NCBI GenBank assembly: GCA_037447605.1
Contig: CM074814.1
Coordinates: 1,984,001-2,048,000 of the forward strand
Direction: 5' to 3'
Length of the DNA stretch: 64,000 nucleotides
DNA from: Zygnema circumcarinatum SAG 698-1b
Lineage: Eukaryota; Plantae; Zygnematophyceae
The translations under genes were made by a program, and so were the position numbers. The stretch's first letter is position 1. Each line of letters opens with the position of its first letter. Under the pieces are notes generated by a model that was not told the DNA's origin, did not search any database, and saw only the letters and a program-made list of their open reading frames with translations. This document shows positions 40,252-54,322 of the stretch, in pieces.

Positions 40252-43200
40252 TCACAGGGAAAGTAGGGCATAGTAGACGAGTGGAACAAAGGCGTTATCC
40301 AGCTGTGTAGTGAAGGCCTCCAGAAGACCTGCTGCCACCGTGGCAGCCGCCACTGATGCCCACTGTTTTCATCACAGGCAGATCACCCTCACATACCCTT
40401 TCAGCATCACTACACCTCCACTACGTCCCCCCCTCCAAGAAGAAGCATGGTTGAAAATCATTGTTTTCCCAATCGTAGGATGTCAACCGTGGACACTATA
40501 TCCCTCGCTTCTCCTCCTCAACAGCTTAAGTATAGAGTACAACGAAGGCAGGGCTGACCTGTGAGGCAGACGATGGAGCCCCCGCAAGGAAGGGCGCAAG
40601 CAGAGTGCAGGCAGCGAGCATGGAAACAATCCCCGCAGCAGTGCCCTCCACTGTTTTACGGCTGTCTGCCGTAATGCGAATTTTTCCATACTGGTAGCCC
40701 ACCACGGAAGCCTGTAGGCAGAGCAGGAGGAGGCCTTCAATTGAGGGGCTGGTCGACACAACGAGGGTTTTAGGGGCCTCCCAGTTTGAAACAACAAGGA
40801 CAGAAAGAAGCGTTTCTTTCGGTTGTGTGAGCACAAAGATGTAGTGACTACATAGACTCCTCATGCAAGCACATGGCGAGATAGAAAGGGAGAAAACGAT
40901 AACAAACGGATCGGATAACATCGGAGTCGATGGGGGAGGGAGGGCGAGGAGAGGAGTGGAGAGAGGGCGAGAGGGAGGCAAAGAGAGCGCGAGAGAGAGC
41001 GAGAGGAGGAGGGAGGAGGGAGGAGGGAGCTCACCATTGTGTCACCGATGCCCAGACTAAGGATGCCGGCAAAGGGCGCTAAGGGCCTGTCCCCATGGCT
41101 GCCACTCAGCCACAATGGGAGAGCACATCCTAAAAGGAGAGAGAAGTGGCTGAATGCAAAACCCCAGCGACTCAAGAAGAAGGGTGAGAACTATAGGAGG
41201 AATCTGGCTATAGATATGGAAAAATCACTAAGAATTGCCCGTTTAAACATGTGATAGACCAAAACACATGAATGAGATTTGAAGCATGGCAATGGCTCTC
41301 CCCCCTTCGCATGGAAGCATGTTATGCATAATTCTCACCTTACAATAAGAACACCCCCATCCCTCGAATCGATGAATGCTCGCATGAAAGCATTCACACT
41401 TGCACCGAAGGGCGAAATCTGTGCCACCTGCCAAATCGAACTTTCCGCATCACGGGCTGACTTCCTGAGGAGTGCTTCCTATGCTCATCAACTCATCAAC
41501 GGTTCATCTCCCATCGCCTAGATATAATGAAGTATTCAGAAAAGTAGGCTGCACTCTCATTGTAAATGAGGGCTCTCGGATAAGCGATAAAATGCAGCTA
41601 CGAACACTTTAAAAGGTTTGTCGGGTTTTCTTATATACTCACTCGCACAATCTCAAGCAGGAGGAATGCTGCGAGTGCCACACCAAATGCCAACCGCAAG
41701 AAACCCGCCTGCTCACACAAACCATAAACGAAGGGGCATTAGAAACTTGTCAAGAAATGGCGACAAAGAAGCACAATCGACGTACCACAACAATACTTCC
41801 TTTCGAATAAAATCCGTTAAAAAAACGTTTGAAATACAGACTTGATTTCTAGCCTCTCACTTGACAATAGAAAGTGAGCTTCAGAAGCTTGTCAACATAG
41901 TACTGTCAGGATATCAAACACAATTGACTGGACTTTTCGTTTTGAAGAGTAGGCACCTGAACGAGAAGGGCGGGTACGAACATAGCCACAGCCATGAGGT
42001 GGTAGTACTTGCGGACCAGAATATGTGCCACCTGCCTCTCCATTGCCATTCTTCGAAGACGTTTCAAAGGCAGAAGCATCACCAGAAGCCAATAACAGCA
42101 CAGAGCAATGCGAGCCCGAGCATTCTCCAGAATGTGTTCGATCGCCCTGCAAGAATCGTTGAGCAGCAATTGGTGAGAACATTCAAGCTTGCCAGTATGT
42201 CAGACATGATGTGAAACAGAATGGAGGGGCAAAACATGAGAGCTGAACCATTCAATCCATCTTCATCTATCTTTGACCATCCCCTCCTTGTTTGCATGCA
42301 GACATCTTATGGCAGACGGTGGAATCGGTCCCGTCAATTAGAAGTTAGGGGCGAAACTTGACCCATGCCTGCGAGATGGTTTTTTTCAAGCTATCAAAGG
42401 CGCAGTCTCGCAACAACAACCAATCGATCAGCTTGAATTTTCCACAGGAAGTATGGTTTTGGTAACTGGTTTGTGCGAGGCAGGCATGGAAAGGCATACC
42501 AGATGAGAGGATGAGTTTCCAAACCGATGATGCGCTGCAGCCATGCAGGAACCAACCCCACCACTGTGGCAAAGAGAGCAGCGTAGAATGTGAAATTTTG
42601 CAGGGCGATTTCTGAAGATGATTTCCGCTTTGGTACAAGGGCAGCCGCACCACGCCGGAGAAGTGACCAGAAAGGAGGGAGAAGCAGGATACCCACAACC
42701 ATGCCCTGCAAAAGTCAAAACCATCACAGCATTTTGTGGGACTGGGTTGAAGGCTTTATATTCCGAAAATCTGCACTGCTTCTGCGACAGGGAGGGGAAC
42801 TAGAGGCAGTTAAAGATTGACGTCGCTGAAGCAAATAGCCCACATCTTATCATATTTCAAGCTTCTGCGGTAACAAAAGCCAGTAACTGAATTGCTAATC
42901 CTGGTTGCTAAAGAAACTGGATACATGTAACAGACATGGAGATTATACCTGCACCATGGCATCGATCTCATCACCGGTTCCATCCAGGCCACGATAGCTA
43001 TGAGGGGGGAGGGGTAGGCTGGGAACAACCTGCGAGAGAGTACACCTGCTAAGGTAGTAAGCTACGACATGACAAGAGTTCATAGCATGAATGAAGACCA
43101 ACAATCATCAGAAAATGAAGGAGCGAGGGACTGAAATGAGGGCTCAACTCTTACCTTTGCAAGAGTCCGAGCCAATGCGTCAAGACTATAAAGCGTTAGA

Positions 43201-45469
43201 CCTTGGGCCGCCAACAACGCCTCTCCTGGATGCAGCAGCCCCCCAGCAGGCCCTCAGACCCCCTGCCTTGCCTGGGAATATGGACCACAAAATACGAAAG
43301 CCTGTCAGAAGCTCATCAGGCTAAGGCATACTTACAGCAAAGGCAGCATTTCCTTAAAGAAAAGGGGGCATTCTCTTGGGAAAACGAGAAGGTCAAGAGA
43401 GCTGCTCTTCGACCAAGGTGGACACGAATGTATTGAGGAGTAGACTAGGCTCCTGGCGCGTAGAAGATTAGGAATGGGAGACATGCCATGAATCTTGTGT
43501 ATGTCTCGTGGGGTGGAGACAATGTGATGGCATAAGGTTGGTTAAAAGCGATGGATGAATAGCAGAGCCACCTGGCTACCTGCTTTTCCTTATAGCTATC
43601 AAGCGGTGTTATTGCCTGCTTTCATACTTGAAATCTGCATAGGCACTCTTCAGTAGCCTGAACTTTCCCATGAAAGGGCCTGCTCACAAGGCCCACTTAT
43701 ACTAATGAGGGTTTAGAGCCAGTTCTACTAAAACGCACTAGGGTACACAAGTTGGCCGCTTACAGAAGTTAAGAAGCTCACCAGGAGTCGCGCTGCCAGG
43801 GAAGGCTCCCTGTAGGAAGAAAACGAGGCCACCACATGTCACGCTGTGAAATGTCGTCCACAGACCTACAACTGCTTTTCCACCAATATCTGCATGCCAC
43901 AAAAAAAACCAGGGCCTTCCCAAGTAAAGTAAAGATTCACATCGATTTTAATGCCAAACACATTAATGATTAATTAGAAGTTTAACCTCATAGAAAATAG
44001 GAGCCTATGAGCTTCTCTCTCCTGACTGCATTACATTGGAATTAAGCCTTTCTTATGTAATTCCAAAGATTTCGAAGATGTGGTCTTATGCTCACATGAG
44101 GCTGACCGTAATAAAGCAGTTAGCCTATATAAGCCCGGAAAAATGAATCTCTGAAAACCCAGGATAGGTTGAAAAACGAAAAAAAAAAAAAAAAAAAAAA
44201 AAAANNNNNNNNNNAAAAAAAAAAAAAAAAAAAAAAACAAGAAAAACGACACACCTTCCCAAGCACCGCATAACATGGAAGTGGCAACCACAACTAACGA
44301 CAGCGGAAGCCACCCAAGCGCCATTGCTCCTGATGTTCCCATATCAACTGGTCTATCCTTCCAAAGGTATTCACTCTCCCTTTGTGTGGGAACTTCCTCG
44401 CCGTTCTGCACGAGTTGTCTTTTATGAACTCCATTTCGCAATCCCTTTGCAGGGGCATAGTCGTTGCTAGAAAGAGTAATTTTCTCTTCCTGCTGCGAAG
44501 TTGTATGGGTTTGCTTTCTGTGCTGTAAGCGGTACGAGGTGGCAATTGTAGAGCTCACCATACCAGCTCCGCAAGCAAGCACGACCCATAGATTGAGCCT
44601 CGTCAAGGTTCCTGTCACTGGCACGCCAAGATAAAACACATGAGAACATGCAAGTAGAGGTGTAACTCACGATGCTTGGACGTCTAACCTAAACAAGGCA
44701 AGTGGTTGTCGTCAACGATAGATAGTGAAGGCAGTCCCCATAAGTCTCCTAGATGGCTGTCTCATAAGAAGTGACATGCAAATGGACAACCCTAAGGTCA
44801 TCAATATAAACAGCTTGTCTGAAAGATCCTCTAGATATGCCGAACAATATTATCCAGGATAAGCTGAAAAGTTTTGTCGAAGTCTTCCACCACGCTCAGA
44901 TAAAAAAAAATTGGATCAAACGACAGTTGGCCAACTTTTTACCCGAGTGATAATGGCCCACTCGATGCTCTTGCAGCAGTCGAGCCGCAAAGAGCAGCGA
45001 CAGGGTTAGTACTCCCAAAGGCAGTCCTGGAGAAGCCCCCGATCTGTAGAACAACGCAAGATTTCCCATAGTCCCCGAGGAGGCACGCAATGAGAGACGA
45101 GGAACTTGAGCTTACAGGCTCGCCGAACTCCTTACTTTTAAATTCATCAAGATCATTTTCAACGATCCCCAAGTCTCCTGGTGCAATGTAGGTGCCAAAA
45201 TCTGGCTATAATCCAATTACAACTTGCTTGATGCGAAGAGCTGTGTGGGAGACTGAGTTGAATTCAATTATTTCCGGTTCTCACCTAGCATGCGTCGCAA
45301 GCAGGGTCAAGGAAAGTCCGAGACCCTCCACAGCAAGAGCTGCGCCAGAAACAACCATGAGGGCTGATGCTTCCGCCCACAAGGTGCCGCCAGACGCACT
45401 GAGTAAAGCAAAGCTGAGCCATACTGTAACGCTTCCCAAAAGTATTGTTTCAAGATTCTGACTGCGCAT
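40252..45469 (-). CDS. DOK1: Dolichol kinase (CTP-dependent, multi-pass membrane protein)
   Basis: Exons 45469-45285, 45043-44943, 44617-44255, 43889-43782, 43225-43155, 43029-42949, 42705-42500, 42146-41957, 41708-41643, 41427-41339, 41149-41035, 40711-40559, 40362-40252. RKYYHLMAV, DSRD..LIVSHFSLLLGCALP, GILSLGIGDTMAS.VG, KTVEGT, LEAFTTQLDNAFVPL. An in-frame ATG also exists at 45859. Confidence 0.9.
44179..44237. other. Poly(A) run containing a 10-N assembly gap (44205-44214) in a DOK1 intron
   Basis: Read directly. Confidence 0.95.
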
Positions 45470-45984
45470 GCTTGTTTGGAGGCGCGCCTGGGTATCCAGA
45501 GGCGCTTCAGAACTGTTAGGAACTCGGCTCACAGGAGCAGACCTAGCAGAACGAACGATCCCATACGCTGGGAGACGTTCACGATGGATGCCTGAACGAG
45601 GTTTGCGAACAAAAAGTGATCGATGAAGCACTTGCTTTAGACCATTCCCTGATAAGTAAAAATGAATAGTGCAGGATGCCGGGTCATTTAAAAAACATTG
45701 ATAGCTTGAATCCTGAATAGACATTCCGCGCGCTGCAGAACGACCCGGGCAGCGCCATACTGCGTTGCATGAACACAGAGGCTTGTCGAATGCTCTTTCC
45801 GAACACGAAAAGCCTGAGAAAAGCCGGAAAACTTTTGCTGTAGCCGGCACGCTCTGCATGCGGTAACCATGTGCAGAGGCGACACGGCCTCTCCCGCCTC
45901 TCCTGTCCTGCCCTGTCCTGTCCTCCGGCTCCGCCAAGAGCGGCACCCCGCCTCCAAAGCGGCGGTTGCACCAGGAAAGGAGGG

Positions 45985-46016
<32 letters not shown>

Positions 46017-46456
46017 CAGGAGGGAGCGCGGAGGAGACAGAGCAGGGTGGAAGGGCGAGGACGCGAAAGGGAGGGAAGCAGGGAGGGAGAGCCCCTCGGG
46101 AACCACGAGTGGAGCATCGACCAGTGCGTGGCGAGCCGCCATTGGACGGTGTCGCCTCAGTTGCGGGGACGCCGTTCCATGGTCACCGTTACACGACGCT
46201 CAAACTGGAAGGTGTCTCAGTTTCTGCCGTACGGTTTCGCGCCATGTTGTACGAAACCGTACGGCACCTAATGGCGTCGAGCACATGCATGCAGAGTGCA
46301 TCGGATGGGTGGGGTACATGCATGCATGAACGCATACATACATACTATACATCCATGCATCCATGACATGCATGGGTGACATGTATGCATACATCCGCAT
46401 ATACAAAGTCCTTCGCGATCTATTTCTCGTGGTTTCCCATGCTGCTTTTGTCCGTG

Positions 46457-46567
46457 TACATTTGATGGCCTCGCCATCGTGAGATCAATGCCATTTTACT
46501 TCACCAAAGTGGATGTAAAGGAGAAGGAAGTGGCATTGATCGCACGATGGCGAGGCCATCAAATGTA
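46457..46567. repeat. Hairpin: 37-bp stem (1 mismatch) with a 37-nt loop
   Basis: TACATTTGATGGCCTCGCCATCGTGAGATCAATGCCA (46457-46493) pairs with 46531-46567. Confidence 0.92.
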
Positions 46568-47055
46568 AGTAAATGCACATGGTGGTCATATGAGTCACGA
46601 CAATGAGCATTGAGGAAGGTGATTGATTGGTCGGCGTTACTTGGGTATAACGTATTCACATATTGCAAACAACCTTGACCACGAACCATCGTCAAGAGTC
46701 CCACTAATCAATCAGTATCAACCCATGACATTGGCACTCCACAGCCAACACCCCAAGCAAAGGTTGTGTTTCATCCAGTCAATGTAGGCTTCTCTTTCCA
46801 ATTAAATCGTAACAATCCCAGACCACCCAGTCACCACAAATTCAGCTGAATAGTCAAAAGCAGACCGGAGGGTCTAAGCACCTTTCGGTATACATCAATG
46901 TCAGCCCTAAACCTGTCAACCATCAAAACTAGACTTTTGCCGCCTATCATCTACGCCCGTGACTTACCATCCGCCCCCACTATGTCATCCATCCAAAACT
47001 AATGGCATCATATAGAGCCACCAAACAAAAACTAGTGGTTTCTGCAACTAGTGAT

Positions 47056-50000
47056 TTAAAACCGGTCTCCCACTCGCAAGAAGTAGTACCATGCGCCCAC
47101 ATTGCAATCCCTCACACACTCTGCACGCACCTGACTGAGCTTCACTCCCGCCCCAATGGACCCCCCGTGGCCCTCCCTCCCAAAAAAGTGTGTAGGGTTG
47201 CCCCTAACTTCCGTAGAACCTCCCAGATCCGTGCCATACTCTCCAAAAACATAAGCGTATGTGCTGCGAACTGGAATTCTCAGCTCAGAAGTTAGCTGCA
47301 ATCAACACCCCCCCCCCATGAGTCGGCAACAGCAAAACGGTTATAGGGCACCAATCCTATTTCTTCCCTTCTAACGATCTATAAAGCCAAGGGACACGTC
47401 CAACATGCACCCAAGACTCTACCGCCTGCTGTCCCCTTTCTCGGGTACATCTACAAGTGCACTAAATGCCTCGAACAGTGCATCACAAACGACAACTTTT
47501 AGGAAGATATTTGCTTTTGTGAATTTTTAGAGCACAGGGCATAAAACATAGCGCATAGGAGAATCACCACAGTGCCGAACCCTCCTGCAAAATTGCAGAC
47601 TCACCTCAAGAATGCGACGAGAGGCTCCAAGCTCTCCCATGTTGTATCCACGAACTGAGTACGGCCCGCCGAGAGTGAAGGCCTCATATGTGGGGAGATC
47701 ACCCACGCAGCCTCCGTAGCGGCCATGGAGCACCGCTATCCATGGAGGCTCATCCTGCTTGTCCAGCTTCTCCTCTGTCAACTGAATGAACCTCGTCATG
47801 CTCAGTTGATGACGATTGAAGAGCAGAAACTTTGTGCCAACCCCAATGCCTTGGTCGACCTGAGAGCCCCATCCCCCAGGAAAGCAAAGTAATTTAGAAG
47901 GAAGGATATTCGGACAAGGAAGTTATGCTTCTCAGCAATCGCAATCAGCACTTCACAGATGATTATAAACGAGTGACCAAACGGACTTCATGCCTTACAT
48001 CACCAAGGACTTCATTAGATGATAAGCAACCACGCGACCCACAACCATACACTTAAACGCACAAAAACTAGCCAGATCATTTTCTCAAATCAATAACCGT
48101 GACGGACTCTCCAGCACAAGTCAGCTGCGATATGCCACTTCAATGTCAAATGCCAAAGCTTTTTTGCCGTCCCATTCCTCACCTGAAATATGTCGCGGGA
48201 GCCCACCAACGCACCATTAACAAAGCTTGTGTTATCCCGCGTCAAATTGGCCTGCAGAAACGCAACTCTGTCGATGCCTGTGTCGCCATGGGTGGTGGGT
48301 GTGCCTCCAGCTGAGACAGTGCCATTTGGCAGCATCTTGACCGCTTGTGTGCACAGGGCTGTGTTCTCATCGCGGGTTGCAACCTCCTCTACAACGAGCC
48401 CATATGTGAGCTTGCTCTGGGGAGTATAGTTCTGCAGGGCCAATTAAGAGTCACAAAGTCAGTAGGGCTCCTTTTGCAGGGCCTTCAGAACACATCCACA
48501 AGCTATAGAAATGATGACCTGGGATTGCCCGAGTTCAATGCAACCTTTTGCTTCAGTTAACGCCATACGTTTTAAGGCAGATACGAACGTCAATGGCGCA
48601 GTTGTTGACCGGACACGTCATATGACCTTCATAATTTCATAGGGCATTTGCTCTATTTGGAGTTCGCCTCAAAACTTGAAACCATTCTGTAACTGCGCAA
48701 TCCTAAGAACCCAAATATGAAAAACCAAATATTCAATCGAACTCCCACCTCGCTAACAGTTGCCTTTAAGCCGGCCCTGTCCACCCATACAAGAGGTACA
48801 TCCTCTGAATGGGGTCCTCCCACAAACACGGCTGCCTGCTTGCGGTTATTGAAAATGGATATGTTGCCAACACGACTGCGAGGATCCTCGATTCCATCCA
48901 AATAGGGATGGCGGTACTCCAGCCTGAAGTCCAAATCCTCCTGCAGGAAAAGCAGATTGTCAAAGTGTTGCTTGTCTTCAAGAAAATCACATGTCTAAAT
49001 ACATGCAACTATCAAGCGACTTTTCCTCTCCCTCCCTTTTGGAGCTGAACCAATCTATCATCACAGGGACAGCTTTCATAGACATTGGCAGCAGGACGAA
49101 GAGTTCAGCCATGCTCAAGGGCGCAATTCCAAAATGAAAAGCATTCCAACAAATGCTATTTGGTCATCACGGGATCGGTACTGCACATTTCTTGACTGAC
49201 AGAAAAACTCATCTACTGTAGAGACCACATAACGTATCTATTAAAATTTGCATCATAAGATAAGGGGCGCCCCAATACCTGCGGGTTGAGCAAATTGCTG
49301 CTGGCAACACTGCCAATTATGGATCGGTTGAGGCCTCCCAAGTTTCGATGTTCAAACGCTACTGTGCCTCCCGGCATGACACTCACCTGCATGGCCAATG
49401 TAATGGATAAGATAAACGAGACATACGGACAAGAAAAAAGGAAGAAGAAGGAGGGGGCAAACGTTTTCTACACTTAGAGATTAAAACCCTAATCCATACG
49501 CTGGAGGATCTGCACGTCCACAAGCATTCAAGATATCGTGAACGACTTGAAACAAAAAATGCAGAACATTACCACTGTGGGCTTTCCAGTGTCTCCAGGT
49601 GCGATACTCCATTCGGTTGTCAATTCTGCTGTCTTAGGTTCAAGCTCTTTCAGCTTCACCTCGACAATAATACCACCTTCTAGATCTTCATCCGGCCGGG
49701 GTATCACTTCTATGTTGGCGAAAAGGTTCAAGGAGTGAATCCTTTGCAACGCCTTTCTGCCTGCATGGATGTTGAAGATCATTCCTGACTTTAGCTGCAG
49801 CCCAATCCCAGCCCATGGAAACAACTAGGTTAATATTGTTCCACGTAAAAGGGTTCTGATCTGATTGATCTGGATGACGAATTAACAAAAAAAACGCAAC
49901 AAATGGTGCTTCATCCAAATCCGAACTCTCTGGGCGCCCTCAAACAAAAAGATGAAACTGGGCATCAAGAATCATTGAGAAGCACAAACAAACGTCCCTG

Positions 50001-53000
50001 TGGACCTTCACCAAGAAAACAAAGCCCGACTGGACTGCTTACCTCCCATGGTAGCTCTCTTTGCACCACAGCCATGTTGGTGTGACCTTCCCCTCTCTCA
50101 TTCATCCTATCCTGGAATATAATGTCTACTCCAGTTATGTCCCCCTCCACCACTTCACAAACCACCTCGTCTGTGTTCAAATTGCCAAAGTTCACAACCT
50201 GCACGTAACCAGGTCTCAGTGAGTTCAGCAGAAGCCACCATTAAGAATCAAAGGTCCACAGGGTCATTGTTGACAAGCAATTGATTTTAGGAGCCCAACT
50301 ACTGCTGTTGCCTATGGCTGCCGAAACAAGAATACTCTGACTTAACATCAGTTTTCACTAAGCCACAGTCACTTTGAATCTCGGTGCAACGACGTGGGTG
50401 CATGGTTAAATGAAAACCTTCACAATACTTTCTTCATAACAGGGGGCAAAGATTATTATGCCTGCTTGACTGCAGTCACTAACGCAAAGTCAGCTACCTC
50501 TTTGCAATGCACTTAAAAGCAACACAACATAACCTAACAGTTATAGAATCAGCGACGCTTTCCTCCACATTCCTCAATGCGTGCATGGAAACAAACAATA
50601 GTTGCCGTCTCTGCAGTCTGAGAAGATAGAGGGCACCGCTGAGGAGTTTAAAGCATTGTAACATCATCCTGCTTGCTAATGGACAAGGCCGTTAGCTCAC
50701 CTGTGCACACACGTATCCCTTGTCTGAATACCATTTCTGAATCTTGTCACGGATTTTTTGGAGCATTCGAGCCGTTAGCATGGGCTCCATGGAGACATAC
50801 TGGCTCAGCTCCCTCTCAATCCTGTCAGGAAGAAGCGTTGGCCTTGCAGCACTCAACTTCTTTGAATAAAGTTGTTCCAACTTCTGAGGATCCATTGTAG
50901 GTTGCTCTGCCTCTGCGGGTATAAGTCCAACATTGACAACCTTCACCCTCACTGCAGGGTTCCATTGGCTCTCTTGAAATTTCACTTCCACCTGCAGTGA
51001 CATTGCAACGTGCATTGCCTTTATTGAGTGAGTTACAGCTTAAGTTACACAGCTTACCAGCAGTCTTTTGTATCTATACTCCGGCTAGGACTCAAATTTT
51101 TATGTTGAAATTATCCAGGCTATCCTTCTAATGATACAAAACAGTACATGAATTTTCCAAAAGCCTCATAGAAAAATAAACTCACCCTGAGGGAACCATT
51201 TGGCAGGGCAATGCCATCCATTGTGACCTCCTGAAACATGCCAGAGTTAGAAAGAGCCGATAGCTCTCCTTCCAGTTGACTCCGGGTAAACACCCCTCCT
51301 TTGCGCACAGCTGCTATAAGGTCCCAGAAAGCATCATTCTTGGGTACAGGGCGACCATTTCGAGAATCGACCATTTCCAACTCGTCAATTTTATAACGTT
51401 TTGTTGGACTTAGCTTGCTTACAGGCACCCGTGTCCCAACCTGCAACACGAGGAGGGACAACCTCAGGAACAATACAGTAGCACACATGGAACTCTGAAA
51501 ATTGCTGTATCCTCAGAACTCAGCTCAGGTCCACTAAAAAGTGAACAACGACTTAGCATGTTTCTGACGCAGTGTCAGAATCAAACAATGTATACGCATA
51601 AAGTACACAAGGTACGCGCATTTACCAAATAAATGCGTATACAAGTCAGTAAGATGTTTCAGAATCGGCTCAGAAGTCGGACTAAAGTAAAGTACCTTCA
51701 AAATCCCCATTGCCATCGTTAGGCGCCCTTACTAACTACCAGCAAATAAGCAGACGTCTTCATAAAGCGTTTCGCACCTCTGGCTGGGATGGAGCGACCC
51801 AACCAAATCTTATGCATTAAATCTGTAGCATGCACAATTCTATAGAACATCTTTGTCCATTCCTCCTAAGATACCTCCCAGTATATTTGAACTATCAAAA
51901 AGTAAACAAAAATAAATCCGTTTGTGCCGAAAACTTCGTACACTATGTATGATGCGGATATCACTATTTTATGGCTTGAACCAGTTTGGGTTCAAGAATT
52001 ATACAAATTTCAGTGTGCGGATAACTCAAGCTGCAGGCTCCTGAACACGCTGGACGCTTTCTTGGCAGGCCGTGGATGTATGACGTCAAGAAGATTCAAC
52101 ACTTCAGACTTGCTATCTCCGCTCCCTTCGTATGGACTTCAGCAATTTGGCTGTCCATGACCCTGTACCTTGTGTACCGTGAACAGAGGTGAGCTAGCAA
52201 TGCAGAAACCTGTCGCTCACTACGGGCATCACTGTCCAACTTGCTCTGTGCTCCTACGAAAGTCGTCGACAGGTTGATTGAAGAACATGCACATTCACGT
52301 AAAAGGTCTGCCCCGCTAAGGAATTATTAGCTTAGCGCCACCTATTATTGAAATATGCCAGCAAAGTCAACCCTATTTTCAGAATAATAAGGCTGAGAAC
52401 ATATAAGGTTCAACCGGTCTAAGCTTACCCGCATCCCATGAGCATCAAAGGCCTCTGGAGGTGGCTCCTCTGCCTTCACCACGGGTTTCTTCTCAGCCTC
52501 CTCCTCGTCATCGTCGTCATCATCGTCATCGTCGTCATCATCACTCTCAGCAGCAACAGCAACACCTCCTCTAAGCTTCCCGGAGCCATGATTCCTTCCA
52601 AAACCACCACCATCTCCACCACCATCTCCGCCGCCATTTCCAGAGCTTCCCCCAGAGCCGCCGCCAACCATCGACCAATTGTGATAAAGCCACTCGCTGC
52701 CAACGGCTGATGCTAAACCAGCGCCAACGAGTGCTGCCTTTCTCGCTATTTCACGAGGTCCGCTCCTAGAACCTCTTCTCCTACCCTTGCCATTCATGGT
52801 TGTGTTTGCCATGTTTTTCTCTGAACTTTCTGTCGGTCTGCTCGCCCGCACAGATCTTACGTTGTGATGAGGCTGAGAATATGATTGTCGACGGCCGCTT
52901 CTTTTATCTGTTGAAATCTCTGGGGCAACACGTACATGTCGAGATGGCTGATGTCTGCAGAGGAAAACAAGCACAAGCGTATTATGCTGCGTGCTCGGCT

Positions 53001-54322
53001 CCAGTATGCACACCGCGCTATCACAGCAGAAGCTACAAAAGGCTGCACAAAATGCGTGTCCAAAATGGGTGTCCCAACACCAGAATATGCATGTATACGA
53101 ATTCAGAAAAACAGTAGACAAAATTAATTGACAAAAGATAACAGCCTGAGCATCCGAGCAACATACTTCGTGCCTGCAAAATGACATCTACGTTCCTCCT
53201 AATGCCTCGAACTTATATGCGAACGAAGGTCAAAATTACACGAAAACAACGGATGCCTTTTTCAAGATGTCTTGGCCTACAAAAGATGAAATGGTCCAAA
53301 AGGAAATAAAACGCCTTCCATATAAACCTGCCTGAGAAGTCTTATGCGGTCCAATAGTTGATGAAAAGGACGGAAGAGGCCAAAACTACCGAAAGAGAAC
53401 ATAAAAACGTTTGCTTTAAAGTGCCCATTGGCTTCAATTGTGAATTTAACTGTGTATATACATTCAGCATTATTTGACTCAAAGCCGATGAACCATGAAC
53501 CATTCAAATAACTAGCAAATTGCAGCAGGCTGCGTTGGTACCAAGCTGCGATAAGAAGCATAACTGACTAGTTTATCCAAATCCGCAACAACAGCTTTTC
53601 TGAGGTTGGGACTCTTACAATGCTTACATTTTCGACTCGAAATCTCAATGAAGCCTGCGGAATATCACCTCTAAGACTCAGAGAACGTGCTAATCCTGTT
53701 CGGGGAACGTCATTGTTGACACCAATACAGGCTCTATGTGAACAAAATCAGTGAAGCTGAATAATCGCCGGTGATGTTATAAACGTGCGACAGCTGGCAG
53801 GAACGAACTAGCTAACGTATTTGTAGGAGATGCTACGATGACAAAGATACGCTATCGTGTGCTATGTAAACGATGAGCTTCATGCTGAACGGCAAAACCG
53901 AAACAACGAAGTAAATCTGACTGACCTAAACTTGATACTATAATCCAAAAAATGAGAAGCTCCAAAAAAAGGCGTCAAGACATTCAGCTGAGAACGACTC
54001 AGCTACATATATTCAATTCGCTAAGTGATCCAGCTTTCCCTTCCTTACTGTTCCATGCAATGAGCTGCAAGTAAGTCCGCGTAGCTGACATTCGACCCCC
54101 TTCCGCCGCCAAAAGGCGTCCCATACCCCTTCCCACATGCTCACGTCTACGCATACATAACAGCTTTCCCCCCTCCTTCCCTCGCTGCACACTAAAAGAT
54201 GAGCGACAGGGAAACCGGGAGAGGAGAACGGCAGCTCACCGTTCTGCGCGCTGCCTCCCTGAAAGCGTAGCCGCTACGCCAACTTCAGGAAGCAGCGCAA
54301 CCGCTCCTGCTTCGACCGCCAT
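47056..54322 (-). CDS. TOC75: Toc75 chloroplast outer-envelope import channel, paralogue B (closer to canonical)
   Basis: Exons 54322-54240, 52954-52429, 51440-51186, 50991-50701, 50198-50043, 49794-49573, 49386-49279, 48940-48749, 48431-48183, 47859-47605, 47295-47056. Poly-Gly, GGVFTRSQL, QKWYSDKGYVCAQVVNFGNLNT, NIEVIPRPDE, WVDRAGLKA, LGGPYSVRGYNMGELG; ends VGDRF. Confidence 0.93.
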
